Positions 1-9,115 of a stretch of DNA of 64,000 nucleotides are shown in pieces (the stretch's first letter is position 1; every line of letters starts with the position of its first letter). The notes beneath the pieces were generated by a model, which searched no databases, was not told the origin of the DNA, and saw nothing but the letters and a program-made list of their open reading frames with translations. This DNA comes from an uncultured Gemmatimonadaceae bacterium (GTDB taxonomy: Bacteria; Gemmatimonadota; Gemmatimonadetes; Gemmatimonadales; Gemmatimonadaceae): NCBI GenBank assembly GCA_963843845.1, contig CAWJMB010000002.1, positions 3,360,001 to 3,424,000 of the forward strand. The letters are read 5' to 3'. A program made the translations under genes and the position numbers.

Positions 1-297
1 CATGAGGCGGGTGCGGAATCCGGCGAGTCCGCTCAGCGTCCGCGCGGACTCGCGCAGGTCGAGCAGGTACGGCACCGACAGCGCGCCCCCGTCGATCCCC
101 GTCGCCGGCTTCGCGAGCGACACGCGCACGAGCTCGGCCGGGCGCGCGTACGGCAGGGGGCGCAGCAGCACCGCGCGCATGAGACTGTAGACCGTCGTGT
201 TCGCGCCGAGCCCGAGGCCGAGGCAGAGCACCGCGGCGAGCACGAAGCCGGGGGCGCGGCGGAGCGAGCGGAGCGCGGACACCACGTCGCTGAGCAT
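1..297 (-). CDS. ABC transporter permease (MacB/ADOP-like), N-terminal part; runs off the window edge
   Basis: My translation from the ATG at 297 is MLSDVVSALRSLRRAPGFVLAAVLCLGLGLGANTTVYSLMRAVLLRPLPY, the typical ADOP/MacB-PCD N-terminus. It lies downstream of the ABC ATPase on the same strand. Confidence 0.85.
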   Translation of the reverse strand, partial: MLSDVVSALRSLRRAPGFVLAAVLCLGLGLGANTTVYSLMRAVLLRPLPYARPAELVRVSLAKPATGIDGGALSVPYLLDLRESARTLSGLAGFRTRLM

Positions 298-372
298 GGC
301 AGGCGTCGGGAGGGAGGATGCCGGCGTCCAGAGGGAAGTTGCGTACCACGCGAAGCGGCACGCAACTCGTTT

Positions 373-393
373 CATGTCAAGTACTTAGACATG
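373..393. promoter_or_regulatory. Imperfect palindrome CATGTCAAGTACTTAGACATG overlapping a TTGACA on the minus strand; candidate operator and -35 box for the permease
   Basis: Arms CATGTC/GACATG form an AT-rich island about 75 bp upstream of the permease ATG. No clear -10 box is visible. Confidence 0.45.
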
Positions 394-560
394 GACTCCC
401 GCCACGCCGGCGGCGACGACTGTTCGTTCGTGGGACTCGCATGTCGCGGCGCCGGACAGCGGCGCGCCCGGTCGCACGGCGTGGAGCTCCGCCAGAGCGT
501 CGGTGAGGGGTGGACTACCCCCGCTCCCGTCCCCGCCCGTCCCCGCCCGTCCCGCCCGAT

Positions 561-688
561 CTCGTCCGCCGTGAGTCACACCGCATCACCGCCGTTCGAC
601 CGCCGTTCGACCGCCGGTCAACCGCGGTGAACGAGCGGTGAACGAGCGGTGTGACTTCGGTGATGCGGTGTGACTCACGGCGGACGAG
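561..688. repeat. Perfect 31-bp inverted repeat with internal 11-mer tandem repeats (REP/MITE-like hairpin)
   Basis: 561-591 ctcgtccgccgtgagtcacaccgcatcaccg is the exact reverse complement of 658-688. Confidence 0.85.
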
Positions 689-716
689 GGACGGCGGTTC
701 GGCCTGACCCGTTGGG

Positions 717-1445
717 TCAGGCCGGGGCGTGCATCGTCTCCTCGACCACCCGCCCGTCGAACAGATGGATGCTCCGCTCCGCGTGCTGCGCGTAGCGCGG
801 ATCGTGCGTCACCATGCACACCGTGGCCCCGCCGCGGTGCAGCTCGTGGAGCAGCTCCATCACGCTCTCGCCGTTCGCCGAGTCGAGGTTCCCCGTCGGC
901 TCGTCGGCGAGGAGGATCGCCGGATCGCCGACGACCGCGCGCGCGACGGCGACGCGCTGCTGCTGACCGCCCGAGAGCTGCGCCGGGTAGTGCTTCTGCC
1001 GGTGCGCCATCCCGACGCGCTCGAGCGCCTCGGTCACTCGGCGGCGCCGCTCGCTCGCGGACAGCGCCGCGTCGCCGGTGCGGTACGTCAGCGGCAGCTC
1101 GACGTTCTCGTAGACCGTGAGGTCGCCGATCAGGTTGAACGCCTGGAACACGAAGCCGATCTGCCGGTTGCGCACGCGCGCCCGGTCGGCCGCGGAGAGC
1201 GTCGTCACGTTCTGCCCGGCGAGCATGTAGACGCCGTGGCTCGCCGTGTCGAGCAGGCCGAGGATCGAGAGGAGCGTCGTCTTGCCGCAGCCCGACGGGC
1301 CGGCGATCGCGACGTACTCCCCCTCGCGGATCTCGAGGTGCACGTCGGAGAGCGCGTGCGTCTCGACCTCGTCGGTGAGGAAGACCTTCTTGATCCCTTC
1401 GAGACGGATGAGCGAGTCGCCGGGCTGGCGAGCGGTCGTGGACAT
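717..1445 (-). CDS. ABC transporter ATP-binding protein (LolD/MacB family)
   Basis: Walker A GPSGCGKT, signature LSGGQQQRV, Walker [13 protein letters not shown], and VTHD. Confidence 0.95.
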   Translation of the reverse strand: MSTTARQPGDSLIRLEGIKKVFLTDEVETHALSDVHLEIREGEYVAIAGPSGCGKTTLLSILGLLDTASHGVYMLAGQNVTTLSAADRARVRNRQIGFVFQAFNLIGDLTVYENVELPLTYRTGDAALSASERRRRVTEALERVGMAHRQKHYPAQLSGGQQQRVAVARAVVGDPAILLADEPTGNLDSANGESVMELLHELHRGGATVCMVTHDPRYAQHAERSIHLFDGRVVEETMHAPA

Positions 1446-1486
1446 GGCGGGCGGAGGGAGAGGGGTGACGTGACGCGACTCGACCG

Positions 1487-2731
1487 CTACTTGATGCGAA
1501 CGCGGTCGTACTGATCGGAGCCCTGCATGTCGGAGACGATGACGCGCTCTCCGGGAGCGAGCCCCTGCAACACTTCGATCGTGTTGACCGAGCCGTGCCC
1601 CAACTTCACCTGGACACGCGACGCGGTCTTGCCGTCGGCGGCGAGCTTGAACAGCCCGACCGTGCTCTCCGCCTGCCCGATCGCCGGGCGCTGGATGTAG
1701 ACCACGTCGGGCAGTCGTTCGATCTCGATGACGCCGTCGACCGAGATGTCGGCGCGGGCGCCTTTCGGCAGCTCGCCTTCGAGCAGCACCTCCACGGTGA
1801 CCGTCCCGGCGACGGCCGCCGGGTCGACGCGTGAGACACGCCCGTTCGCGATTCCGTTTCTCGTGTCGACCGCGACCTGCTGGCCGAGGACGACGTCCTT
1901 CGCCTGCGACTCGTTCACGCGGAGCACGGCTTTGAGCTTGCCGGGCTGCGCGACGCGGGCGAGCGGCGCCCCCGGCTGCACCCACTGTCCGAGCTCGAGC
2001 GTCATGTCTTGCAGCACGCCCGGCTCGCCGGCGGTGACGCGCATCGAGTTCACGCGGTCGTGCTGGAACTGCGCGATGCCGCGCAGCCGCTCGACGTTCG
2101 CCGCCTCGAGCTTGAGCTGCTCGCCCATCGTGCGCTCGAGCAGGTCGAGGCGCTCCTGCTCGATCGCGCGGCGCGTCTCGAGCTCGCGCATCTGGTCGCG
2201 CGCGTTCGCCACTTCGTTCGCGCTCGACATCCCCTTCTTGTCGAGCGTCTCGAACACGTCGGCGTTGCGCTTCGCGGTGTTGTAGCTGCTCGTGATCGTC
2301 GCGATCGTCGCCCGCTGCTGCATGCGCTGCGTGGCGAGCTGCGAGCGGAGGCTGACGAGGTTCGCCTGGGCGCTCGCGAACGTGCGGTCGGCCTCGAGCG
2401 CCTGCAGCTCGACGTCGGGGTTCGACATCTCGAGCAGCACGGTCGTCGGCGTCACCAGCTGGCCGACGCTGGCGATCTTCTGCTCGACGCGCCCCGACGT
2501 GAGCGCGGAGATGATGCGCACGTGCTCGGGCACGAGCGTGCCCGGAGCGCGCACCTGGCGCACCATCGTGCCGCGCCTCACGGTATCGATCCACAGCGTC
2601 GACCGGTCGACGCTCGGCGCTGCGGGCTCGAGGCGGGTCAGCGCGACGGAGACGCCGACGATCGCGACGAGGCCGCCGGCGATGGCGATGTAGCGGCCGC
2701 GCTTGGGGCGCGGGGCGCGAGCGATGTCCAC
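1487..2731 (-). CDS. HlyD/MacA-type efflux periplasmic adaptor subunit
   Basis: N-terminal TM helix, VRRGTMVRQVRAPGTLVP, coiled-coil hairpin and C-terminal IEVLQGLAPGERVIVSD. The GTG start is inferred. Confidence 0.9.
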   Translation of the reverse strand: MDIARAPRPKRGRYIAIAGGLVAIVGVSVALTRLEPAAPSVDRSTLWIDTVRRGTMVRQVRAPGTLVPEHVRIISALTSGRVEQKIASVGQLVTPTTVLLEMSNPDVELQALEADRTFASAQANLVSLRSQLATQRMQQRATIATITSSYNTAKRNADVFETLDKKGMSSANEVANARDQMRELETRRAIEQERLDLLERTMGEQLKLEAANVERLRGIAQFQHDRVNSMRVTAGEPGVLQDMTLELGQWVQPGAPLARVAQPGKLKAVLRVNESQAKDVVLGQQVAVDTRNGIANGRVSRVDPAAVAGTVTVEVLLEGELPKGARADISVDGVIEIERLPDVVYIQRPAIGQAESTVGLFKLAADGKTASRVQVKLGHGSVNTIEVLQGLAPGERVIVSDMQGSDQYDRVRIK

Positions 2732-3069
2732 GGAGGGGGAGAGGAGCGAGGAGCGGGACGCACAGGGAGCACCGAGTCGGCGCGCCCGTACATACGACAA
2801 GCTCCGTGCCCTACGGGTTTGCACGCAAGTCGTTTCACCGCGGCGGGTTACGCGTGGGCACCCGCATCGGCGCCGGTGCGCGCTGTGCGCTGACGGGACC
2901 CCGCTGTCCGGATTCGGACACTCTGACGCCGTCGTCCGGGGCGAGCGAGAGCCCTCGCCGGTGCATCGGCACTCGCCGCACCGCTCGGGGTACATTGGGG
3001 CGACCCGGTGGCGCGGACGCTGCGCACATCGGCCCCTTCGATCGTCACCTCGGCGAGGCACCTCCAGTC

Positions 3070-4629
3070 ATGCGTCGTACCGATTCTTCCCGCTCACGCG
3101 CGTCGACCGCGGCGCGTGTCACCGCCGCGGTCGTGCTGGCCGTCGGCGGTTCGCTCGCGTTCAAGTACGCCCCGGGGCAGCTCGCCACGATGGCGCAGGC
3201 GCCCGTGCAGCTCACCGGCGCCGGCACCCGCTCCGGCGCCCCGGTCGACAGCGGCTTCGTTCGCATCGCGCGCCAGGTCACCCCGGCCGTCGTCTACATC
3301 GAGAACGTCAGCGCGGCGCGCACGGCGGCGCGTGGGCGCCAGCAGCTGCCCGATGGGCTCCCGCCCGGCTTCCAGCTTCCGCCGGGCTTCCAGATCCCCG
3401 AGGGGAACGGACGCGCCGCGCCGCGCCGCTCCTCGGGCTCGGGCTTCATCGTCTCGGCGAACGGCGAGATCCTCACGAACAACCACGTGATCTCGGGCGC
3501 CGACCAGCTCCTCGTCACCCTCTACGACCGCCGCATCTTCCCGGCGAAGGTCATCGGCCGCGACCCGGCCACCGACGTCGCCCTCATCAAGATCGAGGCG
3601 ACCGGGCTGCCGACGCTGCCGTTGGGCGACGACGCGGCGGTGCAGGTCGGCCAGCCGGTGCTCGCGATCGGCGCGCCGTTGGGCCTCCGCTCGACCGTCA
3701 CCTCCGGCATCATCTCGGCCAAGGAGCGCGGCGGGCAGGGGCTCTCCGGCCTCCTCGGCGACTCGCTCGCCGTCGCCGACTTCCTCCAGACCGACGCGGT
3801 CATCAATCCCGGCAACTCGGGCGGCCCGCTCATCGACATGGACGGCCGCGTCATCGGCATCAACAGCGCGATCGAGAGCCCGACGGGTGTCTACGCGGGC
3901 TACGGCTTCGCCGTCCCGGCGAGCATCGCGCGCATCGCGATGGAGCAGTTCCGCGAGTTCGGACGCGTGAAGCGCGCGCTCCTCGGCGTGAACATCGGCG
4001 ACGTCACGGCGACCGACGCGCAGGCGGCCGGGCTGAAGGAGATTCGCGGCGCGCTCGTCAGCGCCATCACCGACGGCAGCGCCGCAGAGAAAGCCGGGCT
4101 CAAGCCGGGCGACGTCATCCTCTCGATCGACAACCAGCCGATCTCGAGCGTCGCGACGCTCCAGCGCACGGTCTACGGCTACCGCCCCGGGCAGACGGTG
4201 ACGCTCGGCTACATGCGCTACGGCACGACGGGGACGGCGCGCGTCACGCTCCAGGCGGCCCCGGAGTCGCAGCAGGTCGCGGCCGCCGCGCCACGCCCCG
4301 AGACGTCGAACAGCGCGGTGTCGGCCGGCCGGCTCGGTGTCACGGTGGAGACGCTGACGCCGCAGCTCGCCTCGCGCCTGCAGGCCGGCAGCGACGTGCG
4401 CGGCGTCGTCGTCAACGACGTGAACCCGAGCGGCGCGGCGCAGGGGCTGCTCTTCCAGAGCGACATCATCACGGCCGTCATCGGCCGCGGCGGCGTGCAG
4501 CGGCCGATCCAGACACCGGCGCAGCTCAACGACGCGATCTCGAGCGCGAGCAACGGCGTGATCAGCCTGCTCGTCTACACGCCGCAGATCCGGCGGACGC
4601 GCGTGGTGAACGTGTCGATCGCGCAGTAG
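3070..4629 (+). CDS. Do/DegP (HtrA) family serine endoprotease with PDZ domains
   Basis: SGSGFIV, TNNHV, DVALIKI, INPGNSGGPL catalytic motifs and two PDZ-like regions. Confidence 0.95.
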   Translation: MRRTDSSRSRASTAARVTAAVVLAVGGSLAFKYAPGQLATMAQAPVQLTGAGTRSGAPVDSGFVRIARQVTPAVVYIENVSAARTAARGRQQLPDGLPPGFQLPPGFQIPEGNGRAAPRRSSGSGFIVSANGEILTNNHVISGADQLLVTLYDRRIFPAKVIGRDPATDVALIKIEATGLPTLPLGDDAAVQVGQPVLAIGAPLGLRSTVTSGIISAKERGGQGLSGLLGDSLAVADFLQTDAVINPGNSGGPLIDMDGRVIGINSAIESPTGVYAGYGFAVPASIARIAMEQFREFGRVKRALLGVNIGDVTATDAQAAGLKEIRGALVSAITDGSAAEKAGLKPGDVILSIDNQPISSVATLQRTVYGYRPGQTVTLGYMRYGTTGTARVTLQAAPESQQVAAAAPRPETSNSAVSAGRLGVTVETLTPQLASRLQAGSDVRGVVVNDVNPSGAAQGLLFQSDIITAVIGRGGVQRPIQTPAQLNDAISSASNGVISLLVYTPQIRRTRVVNVSIAQ

Positions 4630-4743
4630 CGTCTCGCCAGCTCGACCGCACGGGCCCGAGGTCGATGGCGACGTCGGGCCCGTCGTGCATCACCGTGCGT
4701 GCCGGACGTTGATCGGGAGCGCCGTTCGCGCGATCGTTCATCC

Positions 4744-5431
4744 ATGGCGACTTCCGCGACGGCTTCGAAGCACTTCACGTCGAACGACGACGTCTCGGTG
4801 CGGATGTTCCGCAGCGACTTCCTCGAGCGGTTCAGCCACGTGCACCCGGTGGTGCCGCACCTGATCTATCTCCCGCTCGTCGGCTATCTCGTCTGGTCGT
4901 CGACCGCGACGCCGCTCCGCGTCGCCGGTGTCTACGCCGCGCGGCCTCGTGCTCTGGACGCTCGCCGAGTACCTGCTGCACAAGCACGTCTTCCACGCGC
5001 CCGACCACATCATGGAGGGCACCCACGACGTCGTCGCCCGGCTCGACCGGCACGAGCCGGTGATCGCCGCGCTCCCGTCGTGGCGGCACAAGCTCTACTT
5101 CCTCGCCCACGGCGTGCACCACGAGTACCCGAGCGACTCGTCGCGCCTCGTCATGCCGCCGGGTGCGAGCATCCCGATGGCGGTCGTGATCTACCTGCTG
5201 CTCCGCCTCGTCGCCGGCCCGCTCGACACCCCGGCGCTCTTCGCCGGCTTCATCACCGGCTACCTCGTCTACGACACGACGCACTTCGCGGTGCACCACC
5301 TGCGCATGCCGACGTCGTGGGGGCGCTATCTCAAGAAGCGGCACGCGCGGCACCACTATCTCGACCACGACGCGGACTACGGCGTGAGCTCGCCGCTCTG
5401 GGACGTCGTGTTCCGGACGTTCACGCGGTAG
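4744..5431 (+). CDS. Fatty acid hydroxylase/sterol desaturase family protein (frameshift near 4940)
   Basis: MFRSDFLERFSHVHP N-terminus in one frame. Histidine boxes LHKHVFH, HGVHH, HFAVHH, HARHH and YGVSSPLWD follow in the next frame. Confidence 0.85.
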
Positions 5432-5484
5432 CGAGCGGGCGAGCGATCAAGCTTCGCCGCCCGGCGGCCGACATCACAGTACAG

Positions 5485-8271
5485 ATGTCCCCGCCCGGCC
5501 CTTCCTCCTTCCGCGTACAGCGCGCGCTCGTCGTCGCCACGGTCCTCGCGACGGCGGCGCTCTGGCTCGTCCGCGTCGCGCCGATCGGCGAGCTCGCGTG
5601 GCGCGTCGCGCTCTGCGAGGGCGCGATGGTGCCGATCGCGGTCGCATCGATGATCGCGATCTGGCTCACGCCGGCCGCGACCGAGCTCGACGCGGCGACG
5701 CGGAGCGCCTGGCGGCTGCTCGCGAGCGCGGCCACGGTCTGGTCGCTCACCGGCGTGGTGTGGGAGCTGCTCGGCCGGCCGCGCGTGTCGGTCGCCGACG
5801 CGCTGCAACTGACGTTCTTCCCGCTCGTGATCGCCGGGGTGTTCCGCTTCCCGGCGGCGGTGCTGACGCGCGGCGGGCGGGTGCGCTTCTGGCTCGACAG
5901 CGCGATCGTCGTGCTCGCCGGCGCGGCGGCGCTCTGGTACCTCACCGTCTGGCCCGGAATCGTCCTCGGCGACGGCGACCGCGCGAACCTCGTCGTCAAC
6001 GCGGTGCTCTATCCGGCCGGCGACCTCGTGCTGCTGTTCGCGGCGTGCGCCGGTCTGCTGCGCGGACACGACGGCGCGAGCCGCCGCGCGCTCGTCGGCG
6101 TCGCCGCGGCGCTCGTCGCGCGCTTCGTCGGCGACCTCGTGATCTCGTGGCGCATCGTGACGGGGCGAGACGAGGGGGCGATCGCCGACCTGCTCTGGCT
6201 CACCGGCGCGACGCTGCTCGCGGTGGCGGCCGCGGCGCAGCGGCGTGGCTCGACGCGCGCGTCCGGCGTGCTCGCGCCAGGCACGTCCGCCCCGGCCGCG
6301 GCGCCACGGCAGGTGAGTCTGCTGCCCTACGGCGCGGCGATCGCGCTCTTCGGCTTCCTCGTCGTCGTGACGCGCGGCGCGCTCGGCGCCCGCGCCGGCG
6401 GGGTGCTCGCCGCGGCGCTCGGCGTCGCCGTGCTCGTCCTCGCGCGGCAGTGGCTCGCGACGCGCGACAACGAGCGCCTGCACCGCGCGCACGCCGAGCG
6501 CGAGGCGGAGCGCCGCGTCGAGGCGCGGTTCCGGTCGCTCGTGCAACACTCGTCGGACGTCATCATCGTCGCCGACCGGGCGGGGCTCGTGCACTACGCC
6601 AGCCCCTCGGTCGAGCGCGTGCTCGGCGTCGCGCGGCTCGCGCTGGAGTCGTCGCTGCTCGCGCTCGTGCACCCCGACGACGTCGGCCGTGCCGAGACGA
6701 TGCTCGTCGCCGCGACGCGTCGCGCCGACGACGGGACGGTCGCGGCCGCGACGCAGTTCCGCGCCGCCGCCGACGGCGAGTGGCGCGACGTCGAGTGTCT
6801 CGCGACCGACCTCAGCGACGACCCCAACGTGCGCGGCATCGTGGTCACGATGCGCGACGTCACCGAGCGCGCGCGGCTCGAGGCGCAGCTCGTCCACCAG
6901 GCGTACCACGATCCGCTCACCGGCCTCGCGAACCGCGCGCTGTTCCGCGACCGCGTGTCGCACGCACTCACCCGCGAGCAGCGCGCGCCGGCCGGCGTCG
7001 TCGTGCTCTTCCTCGACCTCGACGACTTCAAGACGGTCAACGACTCGTTGGGCCACCGCGAGGGCGACCGCCTGCTCGCCGTCGTCGCGGAGCGGCTGCT
7101 GAACGCGACGCGCGGCTGCGACACCGTCGCGCGGCTCGGCGGCGACGAGTTCGCGGTGCTGGTCGAGCACGCCCGCACCGACGACGAGGTCGTCGTCGTC
7201 GCCGAGCGCATCGTCGGCGCGATCCGGGCGCCGATCGCGTTAGGCACGCACCAGGTGACGGTCGGCGCGAGCATCGGCATCGCCCGCGCGCGGTTGGGCG
7301 ACGGCGCCGAGGAGCTGCTCCGCAACGCGGACGTCGCGATGTACAAGGCGAAGCAGCGCGGCACGAACGCGTACGAGATCTTCGCCCCCGCGATGCACGC
7401 CGCGCTCGTCGACCGCCTCGAACTCGAGGGGGAGCTGCGCCGCGCGCTGGGCGAGCTCGAGGCCGCGCAGGCCGGCGAGGGCGGAGCGGGCAGGACGTCG
7501 GAGTTCCTCGTCGTGTATCAGCCGATCGTCTCGCTGGCCGACCGCCTCGTCGTCGGCGTCGAGGCACTCGCGCGGTGGCGGCACCCGACGCGCGGCTTCG
7601 TCCCCCCGTCGAGCTTCATCCCGATCGCCGAGTCGACGGGGCTCATCGTGCCGTTCGGGCGGTGGATTCTGCGCGCCGCGTGCGCGCAGGCGGCACGGTG
7701 GCACGCCGCCGCCGCGCGCGACGAGTTCGGCGGCCGGGCTGCCGAGCCGCTGGCCGTGACCGTCAACCTCTCGGCGCGGCAGCTCCTGCACCCGTCGATC
7801 GTCGACGACGTGCGCGCGGCGCTCGCCGACGCGCGGCTCGCGCCCGCGTCGCTCGTGCTCGAGATCACCGAGAGCGTCATCGTGCAGAACACGTCGGCGT
7901 CGCTCGCCACGCTGCACGCGCTGAAAGCGTTGGGCGTGCGCCTCGCGATCGACGACTTCGGCACCGGCTACTCGTCGCTCAGCTACCTGGAGCAGTTCCC
8001 GCTCGACATTCTCAAGATCGACAAGTCGTTCGTCGACGGCGTCGCGCACGGCGGCAGCCGCGCCGCGCTCGCCCGCACCGTCGTCGCGCTCGGCGACTCG
8101 CTGTCGCTGCGCTGCGTCGCCGAAGGGATCGAGAGCGACGACCAGCGCGAGCACCTGCTGGCGTTGGGCTGCGCCTACGGGCAGGGGTATCTGTTCGCGC
8201 GTCCGCTGCCGGCGGAGGAGGTCGAGACGCTCCTGCGCGACGCGGTCGGCGCGGTCGGCGCGGCCGCCTGA
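5485..8271 (+). CDS. Membrane-bound PAS-GGDEF-EAL diguanylate cyclase/phosphodiesterase
   Basis: Multiple TM segments, PAS (RFRSLVQHSSDVI), HDPLTGLANR, RLGGDEF, VEALARW and IDDFGTGYSSL. Confidence 0.95.
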   Translation: MSPPGPSSFRVQRALVVATVLATAALWLVRVAPIGELAWRVALCEGAMVPIAVASMIAIWLTPAATELDAATRSAWRLLASAATVWSLTGVVWELLGRPRVSVADALQLTFFPLVIAGVFRFPAAVLTRGGRVRFWLDSAIVVLAGAAALWYLTVWPGIVLGDGDRANLVVNAVLYPAGDLVLLFAACAGLLRGHDGASRRALVGVAAALVARFVGDLVISWRIVTGRDEGAIADLLWLTGATLLAVAAAAQRRGSTRASGVLAPGTSAPAAAPRQVSLLPYGAAIALFGFLVVVTRGALGARAGGVLAAALGVAVLVLARQWLATRDNERLHRAHAEREAERRVEARFRSLVQHSSDVIIVADRAGLVHYASPSVERVLGVARLALESSLLALVHPDDVGRAETMLVAATRRADDGTVAAATQFRAAADGEWRDVECLATDLSDDPNVRGIVVTMRDVTERARLEAQLVHQAYHDPLTGLANRALFRDRVSHALTREQRAPAGVVVLFLDLDDFKTVNDSLGHREGDRLLAVVAERLLNATRGCDTVARLGGDEFAVLVEHARTDDEVVVVAERIVGAIRAPIALGTHQVTVGASIGIARARLGDGAEELLRNADVAMYKAKQRGTNAYEIFAPAMHAALVDRLELEGELRRALGELEAAQAGEGGAGRTSEFLVVYQPIVSLADRLVVGVEALARWRHPTRGFVPPSSFIPIAESTGLIVPFGRWILRAACAQAARWHAAAARDEFGGRAAEPLAVTVNLSARQLLHPSIVDDVRAALADARLAPASLVLEITESVIVQNTSASLATLHALKALGVRLAIDDFGTGYSSLSYLEQFPLDILKIDKSFVDGVAHGGSRAALARTVVALGDSLSLRCVAEGIESDDQREHLLALGCAYGQGYLFARPLPAEEVETLLRDAVGAVGAAA

Positions 8272-8275
8272 GGCG

Positions 8276-9115
8276 TCACTTCCCCGTCAACAGCTCCTCG
8301 AACAGCGCGAGCGCCCGCGGGTCCTTCGACTGCCCGAGCCAGAACAGGGCCGAGCGGCGCGTGGCAGGATCGCGGTTGGTGCGGGCGACGCGGATGAGCG
8401 CGGGGACCGCGTCCTCGCCGCGACGCGAGAGCGCGAACACGGCCTGATCGCGGATCTCGCGCTCCGGGTCGTCGACGAGCGCCGTGAGGCCCGCGGTCGC
8501 CGCGTCCCCCGCCGCGTTGCCGAGCCAGAACACGGCCCGCGACCGCGTGTCGCGCGCCGCCTGCTCGCTGCGCGCGAGTCGAAGGAGCGACGGCCACACC
8601 GTGACGGAGTCGGCGAGCGTCGACGGAAACACCGCGTCGCGCGCGACCTTGCCGCTCCCGCGCTCGGCGATGCCCAGCAGCAGCCCGGCCGCCTGCGCCG
8701 ACGAGACGTCGCCGAGGTCGGTGACGGCGCTCCCGCCGGCGCTGGAGCCGCTCGTCGCGCGCCACCGGCCGCCGACGTAGAAGCGCACCGCCTCGACGCG
8801 CCCGCTCCGCACGTCGAGCGCGAGACGGCCCGGCCCGGGCGCACACGCGTCGTCCCACTCGACGTCCGCCCGGCGGCGATCGTCGTCGCGCCACGACGTG
8901 CGGCCGGGGGCGCTCGTGCGGATCGTGTTCCCCGAGCCGCAGACGCCGGGGCGCAGCGCGAACGTGAGACGCACGGTGCCGTTCGGCGCGTCCTCGACGC
9001 GGCGCGTGAGGGCGGCGCCACGCGAGACGAGGTCGGCCTGCGCGAGCATCGGCGACGTGGCCGCGACCGAGAGCAGGGCGGCGCTCGCGAGCACGTTCGG
9101 CAACCGGCGGGTCAC
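8276..9115 (-). CDS. Secreted HEAT-repeat domain protein
   Basis: Signal peptide, then repeats AVFWLG, AVFALS and ALFWLGQSKDPRAL. The GTG start overlaps the upstream stop. Confidence 0.8.
   Translation of the reverse strand: MTRRLPNVLASAALLSVAATSPMLAQADLVSRGAALTRRVEDAPNGTVRLTFALRPGVCGSGNTIRTSAPGRTSWRDDDRRRADVEWDDACAPGPGRLALDVRSGRVEAVRFYVGGRWRATSGSSAGGSAVTDLGDVSSAQAAGLLLGIAERGSGKVARDAVFPSTLADSVTVWPSLLRLARSEQAARDTRSRAVFWLGNAAGDAATAGLTALVDDPEREIRDQAVFALSRRGEDAVPALIRVARTNRDPATRRSALFWLGQSKDPRALALFEELLTGK

Noticed and set aside
4699..8271. Apparent 1190-aa fusion of a fatty-acid hydroxylase N-terminus to GGDEF-EAL
   Set aside because: Artefact of the frameshift near 4940; the hydroxylase finishes in another frame at 5431 and the cyclase has its own ATG at 5485.
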